From: a virus | Lineage: Duplodnaviria; Caudoviricetes | DNA length: 59,694 nt | Direction: 5' to 3' (one strand) | Virus record (IMG/VR): IMGVR_UViG_3300017991_000122 | Coordinates: 1-59,694 of that record | In this document: piece after piece, positions 1 through 7,158 of the stretch | How the letters are laid out: every line of letters starts with the position of its first letter | Numbering within the stretch: the stretch's first letter is position 1 | The notes under the pieces: generated by a model | What the model was told of the DNA's origin: nothing | Seen by the model: only the letters and a program-made list of their open reading frames with translations | Database searches by the model: none | Position numbers and translations under genes: made by a program

Positions 1-386
1 CCCCGGTTGTCGCCGATGACGAGCTGGTGCGGGACGTCGAGGTCGACCAGGTCTTGGCTCGTCGTGTTCACGGCGCAGACTCGAGCATACCCCAGTCGCT
101 TGAACGCCTCGGTGATCCTGCCGCCGCCTTGGCCGGCGCCGATGAACGCCATGCGCAGAGCCGCGTCGAAGGCGTCCTCACGGAAGACTGCCTCGGTGTC
201 TTCTGCATCCGGGTCCTCGACAGCAACCTCCTCGAAATCGGGTAGGTCGATGCCGGTCGTCGCTCGAGTCGGGGGAGTTTTCGCCTTCTCCTCTCGAGCG
301 ACCTGCTCCGGAGCCGCCGGGGCAGTCGGGTGGTCATACAACGGATCAGGAGCGGGGGCTCCACGCTTTCGTCCTTGTCTAGTCAT
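1..386 (-). CDS. Tubulin/FtsZ-family GTPase (PhuZ/TubZ-like), truncated at window edge
   Basis: Not in the ORF track. Manual translation from ATG 386 (SD GAGG): MTRQGRKRG...MAFIGAGQGGGRITEAFKRLGYARVCAVNTTEQDLVDL, matching the tubulin/FtsZ T1 and T2 loops. Confidence 0.8.
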   Translation of the reverse strand, partial: MTRQGRKRGAPAPDPLYDHPTAPAAPEQVAREEKAKTPPTRATTGIDLPDFEEVAVEDPDAEDTEAVFREDAFDAALRMAFIGAGQGGGRITEAFKRLGYARVCAVNTTSQDLVDLDVPHQLVIGDNR

Positions 387-429
387 CGTCTACCTCGCCC
401 TTACGGTAGCAGAAATGACGAGGCGATCT

Positions 430-1308
430 CTACCCTCTGCATGGAGGAAGGCACGGGTCCAGGTTGCGGATGATGTGCCCGACCACCTCGGCGCACTGGG
501 GAACGACGGAGTTGCCTAGGGCTCGAAGCCGAGCCCGGTCCATCCGGGCATGAAACCCATGAGGGCTTCGACGAACACCGGGTTCAGGGCCACCGTCACT
601 GAGGTACGCTCCCCAGGCTGCCTGATCTCCGCACTCGGGAGGAAATGGGAATGGAGCGCGTCCGTCAGCGTGGTCCCCGGTTTGCCCTTCAACATGTAGC
701 CTTGCCGTCTTGAGGATTTCGCGTCGGAAACGGTGGGGGTCGGCCAGATGGAAGTCGGCTGCGGACTGGTAGGCTGACTCGGGTCGGGTGGAGCGCCACT
801 GCCTGAAGAGCTGCTCGGGCATGTGGTGGGGGTTGGCCGCGACAAGGAAGATGCGGGCGCGAACATGTGGCGCCCCCACATCCCTTGCTTCAATCGGGAC
901 CGGTAGGCTCGCATACTCGAGCCGTTCCAGGTCTCGTCGGACGGCATCGACCCATTTGTTGCCGCCTGACGCAACGTTTTCGACGACGACCCACCTCGGA
1001 TGTAGTTCCTCAACGAGTCGAGAGAACTCGTACCAAAGCCCGCTACGAGAACCTGCAAGGCCACTTCGTGTACCTGCGGAGGAAATGTCTTGGCAAGGGA
1101 ATCCCCCACACAGCAGGTCAGGTCGGGGTTGCCCTTCGGCTTCTCGGACATCGACTACGCTCCTGTCAACCTGCGGCCAGTGCTGCTCGAGCACCCGACG
1201 ACAGAACTCGTTCTGTTCGACTTGCCAGAGTACAGGACCCAGACCGGCGAGCTCAAGACCGTGCTCGAGCCCACCGATCCCAGAGAAGAGGCTCCCGATC
1301 GAGAGCAT
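430..1308 (-). CDS. DNA cytosine-5 methyltransferase (alpha polypeptide)
   Basis: Motif I SLFSGIGG, IV GGFPCQD, VI ENV, VIII RARIF, X LGNSVVP; start overlaps the HNH stop (TGATG). Confidence 0.92.
   Translation of the reverse strand: MLSIGSLFSGIGGLEHGLELAGLGPVLWQVEQNEFCRRVLEQHWPQVDRSVVDVREAEGQPRPDLLCGGFPCQDISSAGTRSGLAGSRSGLWYEFSRLVEELHPRWVVVENVASGGNKWVDAVRRDLERLEYASLPVPIEARDVGAPHVRARIFLVAANPHHMPEQLFRQWRSTRPESAYQSAADFHLADPHRFRREILKTARLHVEGQTGDHADGRAPFPFPPECGDQAAWGAYLSDGGPEPGVRRSPHGFHARMDRARLRALGNSVVPQCAEVVGHIIRNLDPCLPPCRG
516..947 (-). CDS. Overlapping alternative-frame C5-MTase beta polypeptide (TRD plus motif IX-like); start uncertain
   Basis: WPTPTVSD...LNPVFVEALMGFMPGWT, nested within the MTase gene in another frame. 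Confidence 0.6.
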   Translation of the reverse strand: MPSDETWNGSSMRAYRSRLKQGMWGRHMFAPASSLSRPTPTTCPSSSSGSGAPPDPSQPTSPQPTSIWPTPTVSDAKSSRRQGYMLKGKPGTTLTDALHSHFLPSAEIRQPGERTSVTVALNPVFVEALMGFMPGWTGLGFEP

Positions 1309-1817
1309 CAGGCCCCTACGAATTGCTTCCAGATGTCGGGCGCGGCCTCGGGCAGACGCAGCGGCTCGAGAGGAAGACTGTTCGGGCGCCTCGGTACGCA
1401 GTGCAGGGTCATGCCGGCTTGGTCGGGCGTGCGGCCGTCCTTCTTGGAGTTGCACGCCTTGCAAGCCATCACGATGTTCGTCCACGTCGTCAGACCTCCC
1501 TGACACTTCGGGATGACGTGGTCGTACGTGAGCTTCGACAGCGGCAGCTTCCTCAAGCAGTACTGGCAGCGGTGTCCGTCACGAGCCGCGACGTTCGTCC
1601 GCGAGAACTTGATGCCCTTCTTCGCCGCGCCGAACGGTTTGCGCACGCGAATCACGGCGGGAAGATCCATTTCCACGCTTGGGCTTCGGACCGACTGGCC
1701 CGGATACCCCGCGAGCTGCTCGAACTTCCCCGTGTAGATGCCCGTTATCGCCTCCGTCCACGGGATGATCTGGATCGGCATGTACCAGCTCGTCAGCACC
1801 AGTGTTCTCGCTTCCAT
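1308..1817 (-). CDS. HNH endonuclease (McrA-like)
   Basis: FSRTNVAARDGHRCQYC...LTYDHVIPKCQGG...NIVMACKACNSKK. Confidence 0.92.
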   Translation of the reverse strand: MEARTLVLTSWYMPIQIIPWTEAITGIYTGKFEQLAGYPGQSVRSPSVEMDLPAVIRVRKPFGAAKKGIKFSRTNVAARDGHRCQYCLRKLPLSKLTYDHVIPKCQGGLTTWTNIVMACKACNSKKDGRTPDQAGMTLHCVPRRPNSLPLEPLRLPEAAPDIWKQFVGA

Positions 1818-2058
1818 GACCTACCTCCGTCTCTTCTTTCTCATGATGTTTCTCCTCGAACACGACCCGGCCGTCTACGACGGGCCGTACCTTCAGACGC
1901 TCTCTCCAACGATGATCTGACGGGTAGGGGTGCAGCAAGTCCCTCATCAGGAAATCTGCTTCGTCCTCCGTCTCCACCACGATGCACAGGTAGCGCCGAC
2001 GCAGTTCCATGTCTGCGACGGTCCATCCGTTCTTCCTCTTCACGCGCTTCGTGGTCAT
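1579..2058 (-). CDS. Hypothetical protein (3' part overlaps HNH gene)
   Basis: ATG immediately after the tRNA-Leu 3' end; MTTKRVKRKNGW... Confidence 0.5.
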   Translation of the reverse strand: MTTKRVKRKNGWTVADMELRRRYLCIVVETEDEADFLMRDLLHPYPSDHRWRERLKVRPVVDGRVVFEEKHHEKEETEVGHGSENTGADELVHADPDHPVDGGDNGHLHGEVRAARGVSGPVGPKPKRGNGSSRRDSRAQTVRRGEEGHQVLADERRGS

Positions 2059-2061
2059 GGG

Positions 2062-2135
2062 TGCTCGGGGCGAGATTCGAACTCGCACTGGACGGGTTCT
2101 AAACCCGCTGCCGCTGCCAGTTGGGCTACCCGAGC
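2062..2135 (-). tRNA. tRNA-Leu(TAG), short variable arm
   Basis: Cloverleaf; anticodon arm GCGGG-TTTAGAA-CCCGT; T-loop TTCGAAT. Confidence 0.85.
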
Positions 2136-2366
2136 CTACTTCAAACTGATGGGCTTGTGACGCTCGCCGGGAGGAATCGTCTTGGCTTCCGACGTCACGT
2201 GCACCGTGAGCTTCACCTGGACCCCTTCAGGCGTCCGCACGAGGACAGTCTGGCTTCCTCGAGGGCGTGCCGCACAGAGCAGGTTCTGGAGCTTCGCGGC
2301 GATGTGCCCGTCCAGGTAGACGTGGACCTCGTCACTCTTCTCCCTCACTTCGATCAGCTTGTTCAT
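2136..2366 (-). CDS. Hypothetical protein
   Basis: MNKLIEVREK...; ATG shares the A of the upstream tRNA CCA; stop abuts the next tRNA. Confidence 0.65.
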   Translation of the reverse strand: MNKLIEVREKSDEVHVYLDGHIAAKLQNLLCAARPRGSQTVLVRTPEGVQVKLTVHVTSEAKTIPPGERHKPISLK

Positions 2367-2453
2367 GGTGCGCGGAGAGGGAGTCGAACCCTCACAGGGA
2401 CTATGCCCCACTTGGCCCTCAACCAAGCGTGTCTACCATTCCACCACCCGCGC
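2366..2453 (-). tRNA. tRNA-Leu(GAG)
   Basis: CTTGG-TTGAGGG-CCAAG, long variable arm, encoded CCA. Confidence 0.92.
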
Positions 2454-2458
2454 GTGGG

Positions 2459-2542
2459 TGCTCAGAGCGGGACTCGAACCCGCACAGCCACAAGGGCCAC
2501 CAGTTCCTGAGACTGGCGTGTCTACCATTCCACCACCTGAGC
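2459..2542 (-). tRNA. tRNA-Leu(CAG)
   Basis: CCAGT-CTCAGGA-ACTGG, long variable arm. Confidence 0.92.
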
Positions 2543-2546
2543 TCAG

Positions 2547-2620
2547 TGCCAACGGAGGGATTCGAACCCTCACTTGACCGCGTTTGAAACGGCTACCTCT
2601 GCCAGTTGGGCTACGTTGGC
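2547..2620 (-). tRNA. tRNA-Leu(CAA), short variable arm
   Basis: GCCGT-TTCAAAC-GCGGT. Confidence 0.85.
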
Positions 2621-3133
2621 TCATCTCGCAATTCTCAAGTCGTCGAGCTCCGCGATGACCTCGGCGTCTATCTCCTCGCTCATCTTCTCGGCGAGCGACT
2701 TCGTGATCTCCTGCTCGACGCTGGGCATCGTGTTCTCGATGCACTCCAGCACGGCAAGCGTCTCCTTGGCGATCTGCTCTCGGAGCTCGCGTGAAGGGTT
2801 GCCGCAGTACTCGAACTCGATGCGCAGCACCTTCGGGTTGGCGTCGATGCTTTCCTTGTGGACAACCCGCCAGCTCTTCTCGAACTCCTCTCGGGAGCAG
2901 CCCATCTTCTGGACTTCCCCGTCCGTGAGCAGCACGAGAAGGTTGCCTTGCTCGACCGCCGTCACCCGCAGGGGGATGAACTCGGTCTCGGTCTCGTGGC
3001 CGGCCGGGACAGCGAAGACGATGTCGCCGGGACAGACGCTGGAGACGGGAGCCTCCTTCATGTGCATCACCGTCCGAGACTTGTCTTGGATGGTGTGCCA
3101 CCGAGGGAACCGGACTAGTCGGAGACGATTCAT
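2621..3133 (-). CDS. Hypothetical protein
   Basis: MNRLRLVRFPRW...; ATGA coupling with the upstream ORF; TGA abuts the tRNA 5' end. Confidence 0.75.
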   Translation of the reverse strand: MNRLRLVRFPRWHTIQDKSRTVMHMKEAPVSSVCPGDIVFAVPAGHETETEFIPLRVTAVEQGNLLVLLTDGEVQKMGCSREEFEKSWRVVHKESIDANPKVLRIEFEYCGNPSRELREQIAKETLAVLECIENTMPSVEQEITKSLAEKMSEEIDAEVIAELDDLRIAR

Positions 3134-3477
3134 TTCAACCCCAGCACGGCCTTGTCTTCGTCCGTGAGCTTCGCGAGCGCTTCCAACCGCTTGGTGGCCC
3201 ACTTGTTAGCGTCCTGCCAGGACTCGACCTTGATGGGCTTGCTGCTCTGGGTCTGATCGAGCAGGTAGTGAACGAGGTCGAGCCCCTCGTCGTCGGCGAG
3301 CTCGAGGCAAAGCACCTTGCGGTCCGTGATGTGAACCTCGCCTCCCATCCCCGTGAGAATCATCGCGACGTTCTCGGCCACCGCCCGATCCGTGTAGAAC
3401 CTGGTCTGCGCTGCGCCCTTGAGCACGACAGCCGTCTGGTAAACCGGGAAGATCGTACAGTTCCACGCTTTTCTCAT
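3130..3477 (-). CDS. Hypothetical protein
   Basis: MRKAWNCTIFPVY...; ATG overlaps the CCA of tRNA-Val. Confidence 0.75.
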   Translation of the reverse strand: MRKAWNCTIFPVYQTAVVLKGAAQTRFYTDRAVAENVAMILTGMGGEVHITDRKVLCLELADDEGLDLVHYLLDQTQSSKPIKVESWQDANKWATKRLEALAKLTDEDKAVLGLK

Positions 3478-3551
3478 GGTGCGCCTCGTGGGAATCGAAC
3501 CCACCTCTGCGTCCTCGTCATGGACGTGCCCTCCCAGAAGGCTAGAGGCGC
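3477..3551 (-). tRNA. tRNA-Val(GAC)
   Basis: CGTCC-ATGACGA-GGACG, encoded CCA; atypical A32. Confidence 0.85.
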
Positions 3552-3784
3552 CGAATCAAAACCTTCCGCGCGTCGTCTGGAATGCGACCGCCCTTCTCGA
3601 TCTTTCGCAGGACTTCGAACGCGAGCTTCTTGTTCTCGTCCGTGTCGATGATGGCGACCATGTCCCCCGACTTGCCGTTGCGCGGGCCGCGCAGTTCGAA
3701 GTCGAACCGCACATCCTCTTCCGACAGCAGTTCGTAGTCGTGCTCCTCGAGCAGAAGGTGCCCGTTGTGGCTCACCATGATCAT
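3542..3784 (-). CDS. Hypothetical protein (leaderless)
   Basis: MIMVSHNGHLLLEE...; ATG 7 nt after a -10 box. Confidence 0.7.
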   Translation of the reverse strand: MIMVSHNGHLLLEEHDYELLSEEDVRFDFELRGPRNGKSGDMVAIIDTDENKKLAFEVLRKIEKGGRIPDDARKVLIRRL

Positions 3785-3791
3785 GCTCGGC

Positions 3792-3820
3792 AACGTAACA
3801 GCTACCGGAGGGATTGTCAA
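3792..3820 (-). promoter_or_regulatory. Sigma70-type promoter
   Basis: TTGACA-17-TACGTT with TG extension. Confidence 0.75.
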
Positions 3821-3821
3821 G

Positions 3822-3892
3822 TAGGGGTGCCCGGAATCGAACCGGGCCTAGACGCATATAAGACGTCCTGATCCGACCAGAACCACACCCCC
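3822..3892 (-). tRNA. tRNA-Ile(TAT)
   Basis: GACGT-CTTATAT-GCGTC; acceptor GGGGGTG/CACCCCT. Confidence 0.8.
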
Positions 3893-3900
3893 AGACGCAC

Positions 3901-3935
3901 GAAAACCCTGGCTCCGTCTCGGGGGTCAGGGTCTC
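3901..3935 (-). terminator. Intrinsic terminator-like hairpin before tRNA-Ile(TAT)
   Basis: GAGACCCTG...CAGGGTTTTC. Confidence 0.6.
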
Positions 3936-3939
3936 GCTA

Positions 3940-4049
3940 TGTCCTGGTCACTGGCCCGCAAACCCGAAAGCCTGCGAACCCTGGCCCCTTCTGCTCCTTT
4001 TGAGAGCCGGGAACCACCCACCCTGTTCGGGTTGGGGTTTCCAAAGACA
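3940..4049 (-). ncRNA. Structured leader or ncRNA of unknown class
   Basis: Closing stem TGTCTTTGG/CCAGGACA plus three hairpins, lying between a promoter and a terminator. Confidence 0.55.
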
Positions 4050-4055
4050 GGGAGG

Positions 4056-4083
4056 ACTCTACTCAGCCCACGCGAACCGTCAA
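4056..4083 (-). promoter_or_regulatory. Sigma70-type promoter
   Basis: TTGACG-16-TAGAGT, T-rich upstream. Confidence 0.6.
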
Positions 4084-4099
4084 GAAAAATCGTACGCGG

Positions 4100-4172
4100 T
4101 GCACGCGGAGGGATTCGAACCCACACTTTGCCGGGTTTAGGCCGGTCGCCTCTGCCGTTGGGCTACGCGCGC
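4100..4172 (-). tRNA. tRNA-Leu(TAA), short variable arm, C33
   Basis: CCGG-CCTAAAC-CCGG; D-arm like the other short Leu tRNAs. Confidence 0.75.
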
Positions 4173-4777
4173 AGCAGCTTGCCGAGGTCTTCCTCGAGCT
4201 TCTCGACCGTCATCGCCTCGAGCTTGCCCTCTGCGGACTCGTAACGGGCCCCTAAGCGCGGCAACGCGAAGCGGACGACGAATCGGTCGTCTTCCTCGTC
4301 ACCGGCCCACAGGACGGCTTCTGCGACCGTCCAGGTGATGGGCTGCTCGAGCTCGAACTTCGGAGGTTGCTCGCCGCCTCCCACCGGGGCGTACGAGAGC
4401 GTGACGTGCGGGTTGTAGTCGGGGAACTTCTTGGAGAACGCCGCGCCGGCCGCGTCGAGGGCCTCGGCGAGTTTGCCACGGAGCTCGTGTAGTTCGTCGC
4501 TCCGCACCTTGCCGATGACCGGGACCTGACCAGGCTTCCAGTCGGGGTTCTCGGGGAAGGAGTCGACCTCGGCAACCGCGACCGGGAACGGCGCCGTGCT
4601 CTGGAAGACCGGAGCTATTGCTTCGATCGCCTTGCACACCTCGCCGATCGGGATCTTGTCGCCGAAGTACACGAGCGTGATGTGGTGCGAACCCTTGCCG
4701 ACCGGGTCGCCGGGAACCTCGACATCGCTCAGGAGCTGTCGGATCTCACGGGGGACTGAGATACCTAGAAACGCCAT
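4163..4777 (-). CDS. 2H phosphoesterase (RNA 2',3'-cyclic phosphodiesterase, LigT/ThpR- or Acb1-like)
   Basis: Two HxT motifs: HHITLVYFG and YNPHVTLSY. Confidence 0.9.
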   Translation of the reverse strand: MAFLGISVPREIRQLLSDVEVPGDPVGKGSHHITLVYFGDKIPIGEVCKAIEAIAPVFQSTAPFPVAVAEVDSFPENPDWKPGQVPVIGKVRSDELHELRGKLAEALDAAGAAFSKKFPDYNPHVTLSYAPVGGGEQPPKFELEQPITWTVAEAVLWAGDEEDDRFVVRFALPRLGARYESAEGKLEAMTVEKLEEDLGKLLRA

Positions 4778-4780
4778 GCT

Positions 4781-4999
4781 TCACCTCTTCGGTGCGCGCT
4801 CGGGGGATCGAACCCCGCTCTCCCGCCTTGTAAGGACGGCGCCGTCACCAGACGACCCAACGCGCTCGAGCTCGTCGGAGTAGTGCTGCTCGAGCCGGTC
4901 GCGGGTAGAGTCAAACTCCGTCCAGTCCCCGGTGAGCACCGCCTTCCGGAAGGCGTCCTCGAGGTCGGACAACACGACAGCAGCTTGCGGGCAGGCCAT
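4781..4999 (-). CDS. Small hypothetical protein whose 3' half reads through tRNA-Val(TAC)
   Basis: SD GAGGA, then MACPQAAVVLSDLEDAFRK... Confidence 0.5.
   Translation of the reverse strand: MACPQAAVVLSDLEDAFRKAVLTGDWTEFDSTRDRLEQHYSDELERVGSSGDGAVLTRRESGVRSPERAPKR
4793..4865 (-). tRNA. tRNA-Val(TAC)
   Basis: CCGTC-CTTACAA-GGCGG. Confidence 0.85.
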
Positions 5000-5049
5000 A
5001 ATTCCTCTTTGGCATTCGCACCCCTTCCCCATGGAGGGGAGCATACCAG

Positions 5050-5121
5050 TCGGAGCAGCGGGAATCGAACCCGCCAACGCCTGTTCCCGAAACAGGGGGC
5101 CCACCTTGAGCCTTCACTCCG
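5050..5121 (-). tRNA. tRNA-Pro(CGG)
   Basis: CCTGT-TTCGGGA-ACAGG. Confidence 0.85.
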
Positions 5122-5126
5122 TAGAA

Positions 5127-5233
5127 AGCGAGGATGATAGCGACCAAGAGAGCTTCCGGACTCGAACCGGCTAGGCATGTTTTGATGACACGCAGTGAAC
5201 CAATCACGATGAACTCCTGATCTACGCCTCGCT
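5127..5233 (-). ncRNA. Y-RNA-like RNA 1 (D, anticodon and T arms; shared stem replaces the acceptor stem)
   Basis: GCGAGGCGTAGATCAGG...CTTGGTCGCTATCATCCTCGC enclosing GTGA/TCAC, GCGTGT-CATCAAA-ACATGC and CCGG-TTCGAGT-CCGG. Confidence 0.75.
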
Positions 5234-5310
5234 TGGAACCGGGACTGGGATTCGAACCCAGACAGTGCCAGCTTCAAAGGCTGGTGACCTACCAATTGGT
5301 CGACCCCGGC
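5234..5310 (-). tRNA. tRNA-Gln(TTG)
   Basis: CCAGC-CTTTGAA-GCTGG, CCA. Confidence 0.9.
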
Positions 5311-5313
5311 AGA

Positions 5314-5448
5314 CGACGAGGATGATGACGCACAAGGTTCCTTGTACCGCGTCCTGACCACTAGACGATCCCGCTTCATAGCGGGAGGAGGATTTGAACC
5401 TCCGTTTCGGGCTTGCAATGCGAAGTAGCCCTGCACTACGCCTCGTCG
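5314..5448 (-). ncRNA. Y-RNA-like RNA 2 (YrlA-type: T-arm, closed acceptor stem, D-arm)
   Basis: Shared stem enclosing GGAGG-TTCAAAT-CCTCC, TCCCGCT-ATGA-AGCGGGA and GTC-TAGTGGTCAG-GAC. Confidence 0.8.
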
Positions 5449-5449
5449 G

Positions 5450-5518
5450 TGGCAGCAGAGGGACACGAACCCTCGCGGTCGCGGATATGAGCCGCGCCTC
5501 CCACCTTGGGATGCTGCC
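5450..5518 (-). tRNA. tRNA-Met(CAT), shortened D-arm (Ile2 not excluded)
   Basis: CGCGG-CTCATAT-CCGCG; T-loop TTCGTGT. Confidence 0.7.
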
Positions 5519-5520
5519 GG

Positions 5521-5596
5521 ATGCGGGAGCAGGATTTGAACCTGCGGTCTCGAGATTATGAAACTCGCGAGGACGACCAGACTCCTCCACCCCGCT
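5521..5596 (-). tRNA. tRNA-Met(CAT), initiator-like
   Basis: 1:72 mismatch, GCGGGGTGGAG 5' end, TTCAAAT T-loop, loop TTCATAA. Confidence 0.8.
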
Positions 5597-5601
5597 ATGA
5601 G

Positions 5602-5673
5602 CGTCCTTCCCCGGAGTCGAACCGGGAACACAACCTTCGGAGGGTTGCATGATCTCCATTTCACCAGAAGGAC
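5602..5673 (-). tRNA. tRNA-Arg(CCG)
   Basis: CAACC-CTCCGAA-GGTTG. Confidence 0.88.
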
Positions 5674-5852
5674 TTGAACCGCCTGCATTGCAGGACGGAT
5701 CGTTTCGACCAATGCCACTGACCGGTGCGCCCACAGCGAGCACACTTCGACCGCCATGTTCTCGGATCCGAGATGCCTCGGAGCATCGCCCAGACGACTC
5801 CTCGGACGTCGCCCAGGGGTCGGCCGTGCTCGTGCGGTTCTGACGTTCTCAT
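5661..5852 (-). CDS. Small hypothetical protein (CxxC)
   Basis: ATG directly after the CCA of tRNA-Arg(ACG). Confidence 0.5.
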   Translation of the reverse strand: MRTSEPHEHGRPLGDVRGVVWAMLRGISDPRTWRSKCARCGRTGQWHWSKRSVLQCRRFKSFW

Positions 5853-5927
5853 TGGCAGCCCTCCCAGGATTCGAACCCGGATTCCGTGATCCGTAGTCAC
5901 GTGTGATGTCCATTTCACTAGAGGGCC
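5853..5927 (-). tRNA. tRNA-Arg(ACG)
   Basis: CGTGA-CTACGGA-TCACG, CCA. Confidence 0.9.
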
Positions 5928-5931
5928 TCGG

Positions 5932-6001
5932 CATCCCCGGCAGGACTCGAACCTGCAAGGATCGGTTTAGAAGACCGACTGCCGTCCATCGGCACGGGGA
6001 C
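5932..6001 (-). tRNA. tRNA-Arg(TCT)
   Basis: TCGGT-CTTCTAA-ACCGA. Confidence 0.85.
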
Positions 6002-6385
6002 TCAGACCTTGCCTTTGGCTAGGTCCCGCATGACTTCCCGCACCAGTGTGGGGTCGACCTTGAGGGCCTCCGCGATTTCGAACGCGGAGATGCCTGGGTC
6101 GGCCTTGGCGAGGTAGTCGGTCAGTCGCTTGCGTAGTTGCTCGTTGATGGGCGCCGAGCCCTTCACGACCGGGTCAGAGCCCGCCACGGAGGTGGCAGCA
6201 GGGGGAGGCGTGCCGACCAGGTCGCTCAGGAGCTGCGTGTGTTGGACCACGAGGGGGCGCAGCTTCTCCTCGAGCGCGGCGATTTCCTTGTCGAGCTCCT
6301 CCCTCTCGGCTTTCTTCTTCTTGAGCTCGCCGCCGAGCTCCACGAGTTGAGATCCTATTGCGAGAAGGTCTGCCGCTTCTTCCAT
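6002..6385 (-). CDS. Coiled-coil plus C-terminal HTH-like protein
   Basis: ELKKKKAEREELDKEIAALEEKL...ISAFEIAEALKVDPTLVREVMRDL. Confidence 0.75.
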   Translation of the reverse strand: MEEAADLLAIGSQLVELGGELKKKKAEREELDKEIAALEEKLRPLVVQHTQLLSDLVGTPPPAATSVAGSDPVVKGSAPINEQLRKRLTDYLAKADPGISAFEIAEALKVDPTLVREVMRDLAKGKV

Positions 6386-6388
6386 CGG

Positions 6389-6462
6389 TGCTCCCAGCGG
6401 GACTCGAACCCGCACCTTGGCCTTGAGAGGGCCACCACCTATCCGGTTAGTCAGATGGGAGC
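6389..6462 (-). tRNA. tRNA-Glu(CTC)
   Basis: TGGCC-CTCTCAA-GGCCA. Confidence 0.85.
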
Positions 6463-6488
6463 ATAACCAGTGCTGTTGTGATTGTCAA
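6460..6488 (-). promoter_or_regulatory. Sigma70-type promoter overlapping the tRNA-Glu 5' end
   Basis: TTGACA-17-TATGCT. Confidence 0.7.
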
Positions 6489-6492
6489 GCAG

Positions 6493-6563
6493 AGCCACCG
6501 CCCGGAGTCGAACCGGGACCACCGGAGTACAAAACCGGCACTCTGCCTCAGAGCTACGGTGGC
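6493..6563 (-). tRNA. tRNA-Thr(TGT)
   Basis: Loop TTTGTAC; acceptor GCCACCG/CGGTGGC. Confidence 0.85.
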
Positions 6564-6605
6564 AGACGAGGCACCTCGATCCACCGAGGCAGAACGGGGC
6601 CTCAG

Positions 6606-6678
6606 AGGCGCGACCGGGAATCGAACCCGGCAGTACCCGTTTTGCAGACGGGGGCCTTTCCCAGTTGGCTATCGCGCC
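6606..6678 (-). tRNA. tRNA-Cys(GCA)
   Basis: CCCGT-CTGCAAA-ACGGG, U73. Confidence 0.9.
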
Positions 6679-6881
6679 AGAAGATTCTTGGTGCTCGGGT
6701 ATTCGAACCCGCCAGGCTTGAAGCTGGGGTCCGTCTCGTGCAGATGCTTCTTGCACCTGATCTTCATCAGGATGAGCTGCCCGTGCTTGAAGTCGAACAG
6801 GTGCCCGTCGACCCAGCCGAGGCGTTGCACCTTCGGCACGGGGACTTCCTTCCCACACACGTCGCACGGGCTCGTGGACAT
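6669..6881 (-). CDS. Small Zn-binding hypothetical protein (leaderless)
   Basis: MSTSPCDVCGK...CKKH. Confidence 0.65.
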   Translation of the reverse strand: MSTSPCDVCGKEVPVPKVQRLGWVDGHLFDFKHGQLILMKIRCKKHLHETDPSFKPGGFEYPSTKNLLAR

Positions 6882-6889
6882 GCTAGCGA

Positions 6890-6918
6890 GCCTTATCAAC
6901 TGTCGTCGCGCTTGTCAA
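6890..6918 (-). promoter_or_regulatory. Sigma70-type promoter
   Basis: TTGACA-17-TAAGGC. Confidence 0.55.
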
Positions 6919-6936
6919 GCACTTTCGATTCAATAG

Positions 6937-7008
6937 AGCGGGCAGTGGGAATCGAACCCACCGAGACCGCGTTGGCAACGCGGCGTCCCACCTTGGAACA
7001 TTGCCCGC
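6937..7008 (-). tRNA. tRNA-Gly(GCC)
   Basis: CCGCG-TTGCCAA-CGCGG. Confidence 0.88.
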
Positions 7009-7009
7009 A

Positions 7010-7082
7010 TGGAGCAGACGCCGGGAATCGAACCCGGCCCGGTAGGTTGGAAGCCTACTTGCCCTCCTTGGACATCGCCTGC
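7010..7082 (-). tRNA. tRNA-Gly(TCC)
   Basis: GTAGG-CTTCCAA-CCTAC, CCA. Confidence 0.88.
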
Positions 7083-7084
7083 AA

Positions 7085-7158
7085 TGGAGCCACTGCCGAG
7101 AATCGAACTCGGACCTCACCCGTACCGGGGGCGTGCTCCACCTTGGAGCTACAGTGGC
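7085..7158 (-). tRNA. tRNA-Thr(GGT), C33
   Basis: CGCCC-CCGGTAC-GGGTG, CCA. Confidence 0.82.

Noticed and set aside
4100-4172. Possible amber suppressor (CTA in the loop)
   Set aside because: The 7-nt loop CCTAAAC centres on TAA, and TAG is used as a normal stop throughout
5127-5233. UCA-anticodon Sec or opal-suppressor tRNA
   Set aside because: No acceptor end or CCA, and A33; it belongs to the Y-like family. TGA stops are used normally
6689-6713. GGGTTCGAATACCC...ACCA, resembling a tRNA 3' end
   Set aside because: Inside a CDS, with no acceptor, D or anticodon arms
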